A DNA stretch of 20,000 nt from an uncultured virus (IMG/VR IMGVR_UViG_3300012919_001127) (IMGVR_UViG_3300012919_001127:55000-74999); one strand, 5' to 3'. Numbered from the stretch's first letter, positions 1-9,193 are shown. The notes: generated from the sequence alone by a model not told the origin. A program made the numbers and translations.

Positions 1-267
1 GTTGAACATCAAAATTTAACAAGTCAATATTTTGTTCCGACTTGTATAGAGTGGTGTGGTGTAGATTCAGATATGTATGTAACCAGCAACAACGAAGAAG
101 CAGGTTCACAGAGGTTAGTAAATAAAATATACTTTCCTTTGTTAGAAAAGCAAGGTGAATTTAGTAAAGTAAAGGAAATAAATTATAGAAACACAGAACA
201 GATTGTTTGGAAACTAAACGCACATAAGTTTTTAGAAAATTTAAGAAAGTACCCATGTATAAAATAG
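1..267 (+). CDS. Hypothetical protein, 5'-truncated by the window edge
   Basis: Frame 1 is open from base 1 (VEHQNLTSQYFVPTCIEWCGVDSDMYVTS...), so the ATG at 73 is probably internal. It overlaps the next gene by 13 nt. Confidence 0.75.
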   Translation, partial: VEHQNLTSQYFVPTCIEWCGVDSDMYVTSNNEEAGSQRLVNKIYFPLLEKQGEFSKVKEINYRNTEQIVWKLNAHKFLENLRKYPCIK

Positions 268-1247
268 AAGATATCAAAGCAATACATTTAGAAGTCACAA
301 GTAGGTGTCAAGCAAAGTGTCCTATGTGTGCAAGACGTATCAATGGAGGTCCTTTGAATCCTTTTATGGGGTTAGATGAAATAAGCATAGACAAATTTAT
401 GGAATGGTTTCCAATAGACTTTATAAAACAACTTAATCATCTTGCAATATGTGGTAACTTAGGTGATCCTATTGTCGCAAAAGATACTTTGCCTATATAC
501 GAATATTTGAGAGAAGCAAATCCTACCATGACTTTACAAATGCACACAAACGGAAGTGGTAGAACTAAAGAGTGGTGGCAAAAAATTGCAAAACTACGAG
601 TACAAACTGTTTTTGCAATAGATGGACTAGCAGATACTCATGCCAAGTATAGAATAAACACTGATTGGAAAAAAATAATTGACAATGTAATGACTTTTGT
701 TGATGCTGGTGGAAAAGCAAGATGGGATATGCTAGTGTTCCAACACAATGAACATCAAGTTGAAGAGTGTAGAACTTTATCGCAAAGATTAGGTATGGAA
801 AGTTTCACTATAAAACACACAACACGTTTTAAAGATGGTAAGTTTGATGTTCTTAATGAACAAGGACAAACAATAGATACATTATATCCAACAGAATTAA
901 GTAAAAAGATGATGGGCAAGGTTAAAAAAGCATCTGCTGAACAGCTACCTACAATAAAATGCAAAGCAGTGAAGGATAGTATGCTGTATGTAAGTGCTTT
1001 AGGTAGTGTAACTCCTTGTTGTTGGTTAGATCAGCAGTTTTATCCGCATACACATGAGAATAGAATAGATTACATGAACAAAATTAAGGTTTGGCCTAAC
1101 TTAAATAATACTACTATGAAAGATATATTTGCAAGTGGCTACTTTGACCTTATAGCTGGTTGTTGGAATACAACAGGCTTGAAAGAATGTTCAAAACAAT
1201 GTGGCAGTTTTGACAAATTAAATGAACAATTCGTAGAAAGGACGTAA
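255..1247 (+). CDS. Radical SAM protein with C-terminal SPASM/twitch-like domain (type A)
   Basis: CxxxCxxC motif CQAKCPMC; GNLGDP at the GGEP position; HTNG; AIDG; C-terminal C...GSVTPCCW...CSKQC. Confidence 0.9.
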   Translation: MYKIEDIKAIHLEVTSRCQAKCPMCARRINGGPLNPFMGLDEISIDKFMEWFPIDFIKQLNHLAICGNLGDPIVAKDTLPIYEYLREANPTMTLQMHTNGSGRTKEWWQKIAKLRVQTVFAIDGLADTHAKYRINTDWKKIIDNVMTFVDAGGKARWDMLVFQHNEHQVEECRTLSQRLGMESFTIKHTTRFKDGKFDVLNEQGQTIDTLYPTELSKKMMGKVKKASAEQLPTIKCKAVKDSMLYVSALGSVTPCCWLDQQFYPHTHENRIDYMNKIKVWPNLNNTTMKDIFASGYFDLIAGCWNTTGLKECSKQCGSFDKLNEQFVERT

Positions 1248-1248
1248 A

Positions 1249-1539
1249 ATGATATTTTGGATAGGATTTACAGTGATGGTGTTGAATGAAGGATTTGTAA
1301 TAATGCGTCATGTACACCCTTGGTTTGCTAACAAAAGAGATCATCTAATTGCAACGTATGGTGCGAAGTGGAAAAAGTTTCACGCAACACTTGATTACGT
1401 ATGGATAGGTGGTGTCAGTTTAGGAATACTGTTAGATTTTTCTAATTGGAAATTATATGCAACAGCATTAGGAATCTTTTGGGGTATAGTTGCCGTAGGT
1501 GTTTACTTACCACTGTTAATAAAGAAACTTAAAAAATGA
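1249..1539 (+). CDS. Small integral membrane protein (about 3 hydrophobic segments)
   Basis: Hydrophobic stretches MIFWIGFTVMVL, VWIGGVSLGILL and ALGIFWGIVAVGVYLPLLI; basic C-terminus; starts 1 nt after the upstream stop; ATGA overlap with the next gene. Confidence 0.8.
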   Translation: MIFWIGFTVMVLNEGFVIMRHVHPWFANKRDHLIATYGAKWKKFHATLDYVWIGGVSLGILLDFSNWKLYATALGIFWGIVAVGVYLPLLIKKLKK

Positions 1540-2273
1540 AAAAGAAAACACTTGCATACATAATTGGCGGTGAAGCTAGATTGGTAGCAGAAACGTTTAG
1601 ACAAGATGAAATTTATCAACAGTTGTGTGAGAAGTACAAGGTGCATACGTATATACACAGTTGGACACAGCTTGGTAGATGGACCAAAGCGAATGAAAAG
1701 TATCGTTTTGGTACAAGGCCAGAAACCTCAAAGTTTTATCCGCCTGATTTTGAGATAGTAAAAAATTACAGGGAAGTTATCATGGAAGAGTATAGCATAT
1801 ACAATCCTAGGTTTATTGAAGTTGAAGATTATGATACATCTTTCAATGTTGAAAACTTTCCTTGTGGACAATATATTAGCAGGGCAAAAGCATTTAGAAG
1901 CATAGCTGGATTTAATTTAAAGAACGCAGAAAAATACGATTATGTTTGGTTAGGAAGATCTGATGCGGCGGGCAAAGGTCAGTTGCCAGAGTTTCAAAAA
2001 GGCAAAATACATTGTCCTGAAATAAGTTTTGATGACAACATTTTTAGAGCCGAAGATTGGTATTATGCAGGACCATATGATATGTTTAAAAATTTAGTTG
2101 TATGGGCAGATGATCCTATTACATCAATACAATCGATAATTAACAATCCTTGGATTATGGAATTAGGAGATAGAGTAAAGAATACACACGTTTGGCAAGC
2201 CATACTTACTGGTGATGCAGGAGAAAATATTTTTTTAAGAGATGAAATAAAATGGAAACTGTTAACTTACTAA
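1536..2273 (+). CDS. Putative glycosyltransferase-like protein
   Basis: Pattern AYIIGGEAR...HTYIHSW...YDYVWLGRSD...DWYYAG resembles small phage/polysaccharide-locus GT-like proteins (SGxxR..FIHxW..YDxxxRxRxD). The ORF is solid; the function is inferred. Confidence 0.5.
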   Translation: MKKKTLAYIIGGEARLVAETFRQDEIYQQLCEKYKVHTYIHSWTQLGRWTKANEKYRFGTRPETSKFYPPDFEIVKNYREVIMEEYSIYNPRFIEVEDYDTSFNVENFPCGQYISRAKAFRSIAGFNLKNAEKYDYVWLGRSDAAGKGQLPEFQKGKIHCPEISFDDNIFRAEDWYYAGPYDMFKNLVVWADDPITSIQSIINNPWIMELGDRVKNTHVWQAILTGDAGENIFLRDEIKWKLLTY

Positions 2274-2836
2274 TACTTGATTACGATGGCACACTTGCAG
2301 ATTGCAAGGAACTGCATCAACAGGCTTTTAGAAAGGCTTGTATGAAAGTGAATAACGCAATACGTTATACTGACGAAGAAGTAGAAGGAATGCCTACCTT
2401 TGTTAAGATTGATTATTTGAAAGCAAAAGGATATCAGTTTGACGAAACACTATTAATGGATCTTAAACAAGAATATACAATGAATGATATTAGCAAATAT
2501 GTTAAGTTTGATCAAGAACTAAAAGATATATTTGTTAGATTAAGCAAAAAATATAGACTTGCAGTTTGTTCAAATGCTACTCGTAAATTTGTAGATAAAA
2601 GTTTAGCAATACAAAAGTTAGATATGTTTGAGCCTGTGTGTACAGCAACAGAACACAAACCTAAACCAGAAGTTGATATGTATTACAATGCCATGTATCA
2701 TTACGGAGTATCGCCAATGCAAACAGTAATATTTGAAGATAGTCCACTAGGAATACAAGCGGCAACTTCAACCACGGCTACTGTAAAGCAAGTTAAAAAT
2801 GTAGAACATTTAAAGGGGTTGTTGAATGAGTATTAA
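2252..2836 (+). CDS. HAD-superfamily phosphatase (subfamily IA / beta-PGM-like)
   Basis: Motif I DYDGTLAD, motif II CSNA, motif III KPKP, motif IV FEDS. Confidence 0.9.
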   Translation: METVNLLILDYDGTLADCKELHQQAFRKACMKVNNAIRYTDEEVEGMPTFVKIDYLKAKGYQFDETLLMDLKQEYTMNDISKYVKFDQELKDIFVRLSKKYRLAVCSNATRKFVDKSLAIQKLDMFEPVCTATEHKPKPEVDMYYNAMYHYGVSPMQTVIFEDSPLGIQAATSTTATVKQVKNVEHLKGLLNEY

Positions 2837-3530
2837 GTTAATAATGCCTATGGCAGGTGATGGAAACAGGTTCAAAGAAAAAGGATATGATATACCCAAG
2901 CCTTTGGTTCCTGTAAAAGGTATACCAATGTTTCAATATGCTGAACAACAGATAGGTATTGACTTTGATGAACGTATTTTTATAGTGCGTAAGGATCATA
3001 ACATCACTGACAAAATTAAAGATTTATATTCTAATGCAACAGTCATAGAACTGGACCAACTTACAGAAGGTACTGCTTGTACACTTTACAAAGCCAAAGA
3101 ACTATTCGCTGAAGGAGATAGTGTGTTTGTTAGCAACTGTGATCAAAGTGTTGCATGGGATAGCAACAAGGTTAGAATAATTATAGACAATGGTATAGAT
3201 GGACTTATAGCAACCTTTACGTGTCCGGATAAAAATCCTAAATGGAGTTATGCAAAAACAGTTGCAGACAAAGTTGTAGAGGTTGCAGAAAAGAAAGCAA
3301 TATCAGACAGAGCAACAGTAGGATATTATTATTGGCGTGATGCAAAACAAATGTTTAGGAACATAGATCAAATGATTGAAGCTAATGATAGGGTCAACAA
3401 TGAATTTTACACTTGCCCTGTGTATAATTACACTATTAAGGAAGGTGCAAATGTGTGTGCATTTGATGTTGTTTCAATGCAAGGTATTGGGACACCAGAA
3501 GATCTAGAAAGTTACATAAATGAAAATTGA
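2826..3530 (+). CDS. Nucleotidyltransferase / GT-A fold protein (BcbE-like NTP transferase)
   Basis: N-terminal IMPMAGDGNRF...PKPLVPV signature; TEGTA; SNCDQ; EVAEK; NNEFY; GIGTPEDL. Confidence 0.85.
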   Translation: MSIKLIMPMAGDGNRFKEKGYDIPKPLVPVKGIPMFQYAEQQIGIDFDERIFIVRKDHNITDKIKDLYSNATVIELDQLTEGTACTLYKAKELFAEGDSVFVSNCDQSVAWDSNKVRIIIDNGIDGLIATFTCPDKNPKWSYAKTVADKVVEVAEKKAISDRATVGYYYWRDAKQMFRNIDQMIEANDRVNNEFYTCPVYNYTIKEGANVCAFDVVSMQGIGTPEDLESYINEN

Positions 3531-4128
3531 TATTAATGACATAAAATTTTGGATGGATGCAATCCGCAACAGTGATGATAGAGATCGCACACTTGAAACT
3601 TTTTGGGGAGGGCAAATCAAAAGCAAGTTGTGGTTAATAGAACAACTTGAGAAACACAAAGCAATTAGAAACGCAGAATGTATCATACACGGAGGTTGGA
3701 ATGGATTGTTGGCTTGTATGATATTCAATAGTGAACTTGGAATAAAACATATTACTAGCATAGACATAGATCCTAAATGTAAAGAAATTGCATCAACAAT
3801 GAATAAACGTTATGAGATGGAAGGTAAATTTGAATCTGTTACAGCAGATATGTGTGAATATGAATACAAAACTAATCCTTATTTTGTAATTAATACAAGT
3901 TGTGAACACATAACACAGGAACAATATAACAAGTGGTTAGATAAAGTGCCAGGTGATGCACAGATTGTTTTACAAAGCAACAATTATTTCGAACTAGAAG
4001 AACACGTGAATTGTATGAAAAGTCTTGCAGATTTTGAAAGAAAAAGTAAATTAAAAGTTTCTGAAAAGATGGAACTTGAATTACCTAAGTATACAAGATA
4101 TATGTTAATAGGAAGGAAAGATGACTAA
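3520..4128 (+). CDS. Class I SAM-dependent methyltransferase-like protein
   Basis: Motif I-like IIHGGWNG, acidic SIDID after beta2, TADM, VINTSCEH. Confidence 0.65.
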   Translation: MKIDINDIKFWMDAIRNSDDRDRTLETFWGGQIKSKLWLIEQLEKHKAIRNAECIIHGGWNGLLACMIFNSELGIKHITSIDIDPKCKEIASTMNKRYEMEGKFESVTADMCEYEYKTNPYFVINTSCEHITQEQYNKWLDKVPGDAQIVLQSNNYFELEEHVNCMKSLADFERKSKLKVSEKMELELPKYTRYMLIGRKDD

Positions 4129-5425
4129 AACTTTTTGCCCTTTGCCTTGGATACATTTAGCTACAAGACCTAATGGAGATGTTAGAGTGTGTTGTACTGC
4201 CAATGCCAGTGGTGCAGGTAAAGAAGATGAAAAGACAGCAGGACTTGTTAAGAAAGATGGTATAGCAATGAATTTGCGTGACCATACAATAGAAGAAGTG
4301 TGGAACAGTGAACACATGAGAAGAACAAGACTGCAAATGTTAAATGGCGAAGTGCCAAGCAGTTGCGTAAAATGTTTTAATGAAGAAGCAAAAGGTATAA
4401 CAAGTAAACGCCAATGGGAAACTGAAGAATGGAAACAACGTTTAGACTTTAACAAACTTATTGCAAGTACACAAGATGATGGTACTGCACCTGTAAATAT
4501 TCCTTACTTTGATCTTCGTTTAGGTAACTTATGTCAACTTAAATGTGTAATGTGTAGTCCACATGATAGTTCAAGTTGGATCAAAGAATGGAAACTACAA
4601 TATCCACAGTATAAAAACAAAGATTTAATTGCAGATCAAGGCTGGGACGATCAATATGATTATACTTGGTACAAGAAAGGATCTTTTATAGATTCGATGA
4701 AAAGTCAAGCAAAGCACATACAGGAACTATACTTTGCAGGTGGTGAACCATTATTGATACCTGAACACTATGCAATATTAGAATTTATGGTTGCGGAAGG
4801 ATATGCAAAAGACTGTAATTTAAGATATAATTCAAATGGTTTAGAATTACCAGACAAATTATTTCAGTTATGGGATCATTTCAAAGAAATTAGATTTAAT
4901 TTTAGCATAGATGCTTACGGAACACGTAATGAATATATACGTTATCCAAGCAAGTGGTCGGACGTTGAAACCAACTTAAAAAGACTTGATCAAAATACAA
5001 AGGACAACACAGTTATCAATATTGCCTGTGCAGTACAATTATTAAATGCAGGGTACATAGATGAACTAGCTGAATGGAAAATGGATCAAGGATTTAGTAA
5101 AATCAATCCTTCAATGTTCGGCGGAGGAATAATAGGAACACATTTAGTCTATTTGCCATCATACTTGAACGTACAAGTTTTACCTAAATCAGCTAAAGAT
5201 TGGATTAAGGAAAAAGTAGAAACTTTTATAGATAGACAAAAATTTAATTTAGAATTTAATCAACATCCGTATGGAGCACAACGTTGGCATGGTTTGTTAA
5301 AATACATGATGCAAGAAGACTGGAGTCACAAGTTACCAGCTTTACAAGAATATTTAAAAGTAACAGATGAAAGACGTGGGACAGATTTTAGAAAAACGTT
5401 TCCTGAACTAGGACAGTTTATATGA
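4121..5425 (+). CDS. Radical SAM protein with N-terminal twitch/SPASM-like domain (type B)
   Basis: N-terminal CPLPW...NGDVRVCC...CVKC precedes CQLKCVMC; AGGEP; YNSNG; FSIDA; YIRYP. Confidence 0.9.
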   Translation: MTKTFCPLPWIHLATRPNGDVRVCCTANASGAGKEDEKTAGLVKKDGIAMNLRDHTIEEVWNSEHMRRTRLQMLNGEVPSSCVKCFNEEAKGITSKRQWETEEWKQRLDFNKLIASTQDDGTAPVNIPYFDLRLGNLCQLKCVMCSPHDSSSWIKEWKLQYPQYKNKDLIADQGWDDQYDYTWYKKGSFIDSMKSQAKHIQELYFAGGEPLLIPEHYAILEFMVAEGYAKDCNLRYNSNGLELPDKLFQLWDHFKEIRFNFSIDAYGTRNEYIRYPSKWSDVETNLKRLDQNTKDNTVINIACAVQLLNAGYIDELAEWKMDQGFSKINPSMFGGGIIGTHLVYLPSYLNVQVLPKSAKDWIKEKVETFIDRQKFNLEFNQHPYGAQRWHGLLKYMMQEDWSHKLPALQEYLKVTDERRGTDFRKTFPELGQFI

Positions 5426-6012
5426 GAAAAATAATTGTAACAGGCAGTGAAAGTGTAATAGGAAAAGCTATAATGGAGGGTCTGTGGTGGTTTGTTGATG
5501 ATTACGAGATAATAGGACTTGATAAGAAAAATGGTCAAGATGTGCTAGACAATCTTGAGCTGATAGCAACAGCAGACATACTGATCAACAACGCATATAT
5601 TCCTGTAGATCAAAACGCATTGTTTATGGCTTGGTGTAAGACAAACAAGGACAAGGCCAAACTGTGTGTAAATATTAGCAGTCAAATTGCTAGTGCAGAA
5701 GATCCTAGCAAGTTTGCAACAGAACAGTATTACATAGATAAAAAGTATATGGACGAACAGAGTGTAGAGATAAACAAGAATCATTGGAAGTGCAAAGTTA
5801 GTGTAATAAGCCCTAACATCACTAAATCAAATTTATCTGAGCTAAACCTAGCAACGGGGCCTTTTAAAAAATGGGTTGAAAATTTATATAGTACCCACGA
5901 AAAAAATGGTACTTTGATAAAAGAAGAATCAATATCAAATTGTGTAAAATACATAATTGAAAGTTGGTTAGAAGGAACACACATTTCAAGAATAGAGGTT
6001 AGGAACCCATGA
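5422..6012 (+). CDS. Short SDR-like NAD(P)-binding oxidoreductase
   Basis: KIIVTGSESVIG, DILINNA, VNISS, catalytic YxxxK (YYIDK), VISP. Confidence 0.7.
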   Translation: MRKIIVTGSESVIGKAIMEGLWWFVDDYEIIGLDKKNGQDVLDNLELIATADILINNAYIPVDQNALFMAWCKTNKDKAKLCVNISSQIASAEDPSKFATEQYYIDKKYMDEQSVEINKNHWKCKVSVISPNITKSNLSELNLATGPFKKWVENLYSTHEKNGTLIKEESISNCVKYIIESWLEGTHISRIEVRNP

Positions 6013-6920
6013 AACTAACATACAAAGATCCTGCAAAAAATAATTGGTTCCTAGTCAGTTGGACATTGTCTAACAAGTGTAATTATAGATGTGAATACTG
6101 TCCAGACATATTACATAATGGAAGTACAGGACAACCTCAATGGTCAACTGTAAAAAGATTTGTGCAAAACTTTAATTTAAAAGATAAAAAAATTTGTTAT
6201 AGATTAAGTGGAGGAGAACCTACTTATTGGAAACACTTTATTGATCTTGCAGAACTTGTTAAAGAAGAAGGTCACAAGTTTACCTTTATAAGTAATGGCA
6301 GTCAAAGTCCTGAGTATTTTAAAAAGATTGCTCCTTACACAGATGGTATGATGTTAAGTTATCATAAAGCATACGCAAATCCTGAACATTTCATAAAAAT
6401 TATAAATGAAAGCAAAATAGAAACTGTGATAAACATGATGTTATTGCCTTGTGACTTCGAAGAAATTTTTGCACTTGCTGAAAAAATTTATAGCTCAACT
6501 GCAAGAGCTAGTATAGTTCCTAAGGTTATAGTTGACAAAACAAGTTCTGAAAACATCACAAATGAAGTTATGACATACACAGAAGCACAAAAACAATTAA
6601 TTAAAGATTGGCCTTTTTCACGTAAAGTAAATGATGAAGAATTACATAGGGGTGCTATGATGTTAAATGATGAAGTTGTAAATGCTAATGATTTAATATT
6701 GCAAGATAAAAACAAGTTTAGTGGTTGGAACTGTTGGGCAGGATTACACGGAGTCAATATAGATATGTGGGGAAATATGTATAGGGCTGACTGTCAGTTT
6801 GGCGGAGCAATAGGAAACTTAGAAAGATACAAACTGCCAAAGGAAAAAATACTTTGTGGCAAAGAAAGATGCAGTTGTTTAAGCGACATATACATAAGGA
6901 AAGAAAATGAAAAAGTATAA
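6009..6920 (+). CDS. Radical SAM protein with C-terminal Cys-rich twitch-like domain (type C)
   Basis: CNYRCEYC; SGGEP; ISNG; C-terminal CWAG...GNMYRADC...CGKERCSC. Confidence 0.9.
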   Translation: MKLTYKDPAKNNWFLVSWTLSNKCNYRCEYCPDILHNGSTGQPQWSTVKRFVQNFNLKDKKICYRLSGGEPTYWKHFIDLAELVKEEGHKFTFISNGSQSPEYFKKIAPYTDGMMLSYHKAYANPEHFIKIINESKIETVINMMLLPCDFEEIFALAEKIYSSTARASIVPKVIVDKTSSENITNEVMTYTEAQKQLIKDWPFSRKVNDEELHRGAMMLNDEVVNANDLILQDKNKFSGWNCWAGLHGVNIDMWGNMYRADCQFGGAIGNLERYKLPKEKILCGKERCSCLSDIYIRKENEKV

Positions 6921-7098
6921 AATTGGATTAATTCAGGCAGTTATAGTTTTAGTGCCAACATACTTGGTAGCATATCTCACAGATAAGATGGTTTATACCA
7001 TTCCAATGTTAGCGGCCGCAAGTTTTATTGCCGCATCATTTAGTAAAGACACAACTACTAAACGTATTGATGATATCTCTAAAGAAGGTAAAGATTAA
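6907..7098 (+). CDS. Small membrane protein (2 hydrophobic segments)
   Basis: IGLIQAVIVLVPTYLVAYL and VYTIPMLAAASFIAASF; fills the gap between flanking genes; TAATG overlap with the next gene. Confidence 0.75.
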   Translation: MKKYKIGLIQAVIVLVPTYLVAYLTDKMVYTIPMLAAASFIAASFSKDTTTKRIDDISKEGKD

Positions 7099-7649
7099 TG
7101 AAAATATTAGTTACAGGTAATCCAAACTATGAAGGACTATGCAAAGGTATATACGAAGCATACAATCATAATTTTGTAGAATTTATAGGAAGATGGAATG
7201 GTTGGGATCTTACAGATTATGAAAAGGTAGCAAATTATGCCAAGTCATATGATGTATTTGTTAACAGCCAATACGGTCCTAACGGAGAACAAGTTGAGAT
7301 GTTAGATGCTGTATACGAAAAGTTTGATAGCGGACACATAATTAACATAAGCAGTACAAGTTCTTACTGGGGTGATGGTTACAGTCCTAAAAATTACGTC
7401 GAAAATAAAACTTTGCTTGACGGAAGAAGCAAAAGGTTAGCAAAAAATGTATGCTGGGGTGACAGTAAAATACGGATCAGTAATATTGCTTTTGGTCAAC
7501 TAAACAGTCAAAGTCAAAAAAATAAAGATGATAATAGACACAAGATAAGTTTGCTCGAAGCAGGAAAATATGTGAAGTGGGTAATAGATTCACCTCGTGA
7601 TATTAATCTACATTATATCGCTTTGGATCCTATCCAAACAGGGGAGTAA
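7098..7649 (+). CDS. Short SDR-like NAD(P)-binding oxidoreductase
   Basis: KILVTGNPNYEGL, DVFVNS, IINISS, YxxxK (YVENK). Confidence 0.7.
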   Translation: MKILVTGNPNYEGLCKGIYEAYNHNFVEFIGRWNGWDLTDYEKVANYAKSYDVFVNSQYGPNGEQVEMLDAVYEKFDSGHIINISSTSSYWGDGYSPKNYVENKTLLDGRSKRLAKNVCWGDSKIRISNIAFGQLNSQSQKNKDDNRHKISLLEAGKYVKWVIDSPRDINLHYIALDPIQTGE

Positions 7650-8754
7650 GTTCTGGACAATGATCTAGTACTTTTGTGTTTCTAATTTTATCTAAATCAT
7701 TTGTGTAGTTTATAAAAGCATCAATATACTTAGGTGCTTGTTCAGATTGTGTATAATTTATCTTAGGTAATTTAAAATCAATCTTATCTAATATCTCGTT
7801 AGGCAAAACTCTTGGATTCAAATAAGGAGGGGCTGTAACCACATTGTTGAAATATATTTCCCAGTTGTCTTTTTTGTTTTCTTCAAACCACCAATGTATT
7901 TTATCAAGGTGTGCTATGTTGTAAGCCATCACAGTCACAGCAATAATTATTCTATCAAAATCATATTGTTTTAAATTTTCATTTAGTTGTTCAAATGTAA
8001 AATTTTTTCCGCCTCGAATGTATTCATATAAACCATCTGTGCCTTCCAAACTCACAGTCCATTTTGTTTCCTTGTATTGTTTGGCCAATTGAGCGACTTC
8101 TTCATCTACTATTGTGCCATTAGTAGTCCAGTCTATAGTTATGTTCTTTGCTATTCCTAAATCAATAAATTTTTTAAGTATCAACTTATTTGCAGGTTCC
8201 ATGTAAGGTTCGCCACCTTTGATGCTAAGATATCTCAAGTTCATGAATGGTGTTGGATCCTCAAACAGTCTAGCAACTATTTCATCGCTTTTATTGGTGT
8301 ATCCGAATTCTGGATCATCTATTCTACGTCCATAGGGGTTACCGTTTTGTGCTAATTTAAGATCATCTTTTACCCAAGCACTTGAATTTATTCCATCGCA
8401 CATTCTACACTTTAGGTTACAGATATTGCTCATATTGAATTCCAAAAAGTAGATATCTGTGAAGTTTTTGGAGTAATCATAATTGGTATTTTCTAGCATT
8501 GGATTCAAAATATCTTTGAAAAATAATCTCCTGCTATGACCCACAGAGAGCTCTTTTAAAGCACATTGTTGACACTCGGGCGGTAAGTGGCCCGCTCTTA
8601 TTGAATCACGTGTGTATGACGCTGTATAGCTGTTTAAAAGGTCATTTAAAGACGATTCTAGCACGTTTCCGTAACGTTTTAAGTACACACCATCAGGTAC
8701 TATGTCACCATTAAAACGTACCAAAATACTATGCCATGGTGCGAAGCATTTCAT
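7630..8754 (-). CDS. Radical SAM protein with N-terminal twitch-like domain (type B, degenerate CC)
   Basis: CFAPW...NGDIVPDG...CQQC, then CNLKCRMC, KGGEP, TTNGT, SLEG, YIRG. Start moved from the TTG at 8769 to the ATG at 8754, which has GGAG about 9 nt upstream. Confidence 0.88.
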   Translation of the reverse strand: MKCFAPWHSILVRFNGDIVPDGVYLKRYGNVLESSLNDLLNSYTASYTRDSIRAGHLPPECQQCALKELSVGHSRRLFFKDILNPMLENTNYDYSKNFTDIYFLEFNMSNICNLKCRMCDGINSSAWVKDDLKLAQNGNPYGRRIDDPEFGYTNKSDEIVARLFEDPTPFMNLRYLSIKGGEPYMEPANKLILKKFIDLGIAKNITIDWTTNGTIVDEEVAQLAKQYKETKWTVSLEGTDGLYEYIRGGKNFTFEQLNENLKQYDFDRIIIAVTVMAYNIAHLDKIHWWFEENKKDNWEIYFNNVVTAPPYLNPRVLPNEILDKIDFKLPKINYTQSEQAPKYIDAFINYTNDLDKIRNTKVLDHCPELTPLFG

Positions 8755-9193
8755 CGTATTTTTCTCCAAAAGCTGATCGTAGATCGCTTTCCATTTTTGT
8801 TTGAATTTCCTGTGGTGAATATATTCCTACGTTATCCCAATCTACAAGATAAGTGTTATCTCCATCTAAAAGTATATTGCTTAACACCCAATCATAGTGT
8901 GCATATGGCAAAGTTTGATCTAATGTTTCATTACAAAAAGTGTATATCCTTTTAAAAAATTTTGGTGTGTGTGGCACTTTGTTTGCCGGCGTGCCAGGTA
9001 CTATATGATAATCTATGAACATACTATTTTTTGTTGTGCCATAATCTAATACATATCCTGGTATCACTTTGTCTAAAATAGATATGTGTTCTTCTAAAGC
9101 AAACTCATCATGGATATACCAAACCTTACGATATCTATCATCTAACTTGTAAACTTCTCTTTTCTTTTCTATATTCTTTTTAATTAATTCCAT
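8729..9193 (-). CDS. Minimal protein-kinase-like (APH/choline-kinase-like) phosphotransferase
   Basis: Catalytic-loop motif HxDxxxxN (HYDWVLSNIL) followed by metal-binding LVDWD; N-terminal REVYK...YRK. Confidence 0.7.
   Translation of the reverse strand: MELIKKNIEKKREVYKLDDRYRKVWYIHDEFALEEHISILDKVIPGYVLDYGTTKNSMFIDYHIVPGTPANKVPHTPKFFKRIYTFCNETLDQTLPYAHYDWVLSNILLDGDNTYLVDWDNVGIYSPQEIQTKMESDLRSAFGEKYDEMLRTMA

Noticed and set aside
755..6757. Short minus-strand ORFs within the first operon (755, 1150, 3504, 4105, 5326, 5545, 5781, 6488)
   Set aside because: All are antisense to motif-bearing plus-strand genes and have no independent support.
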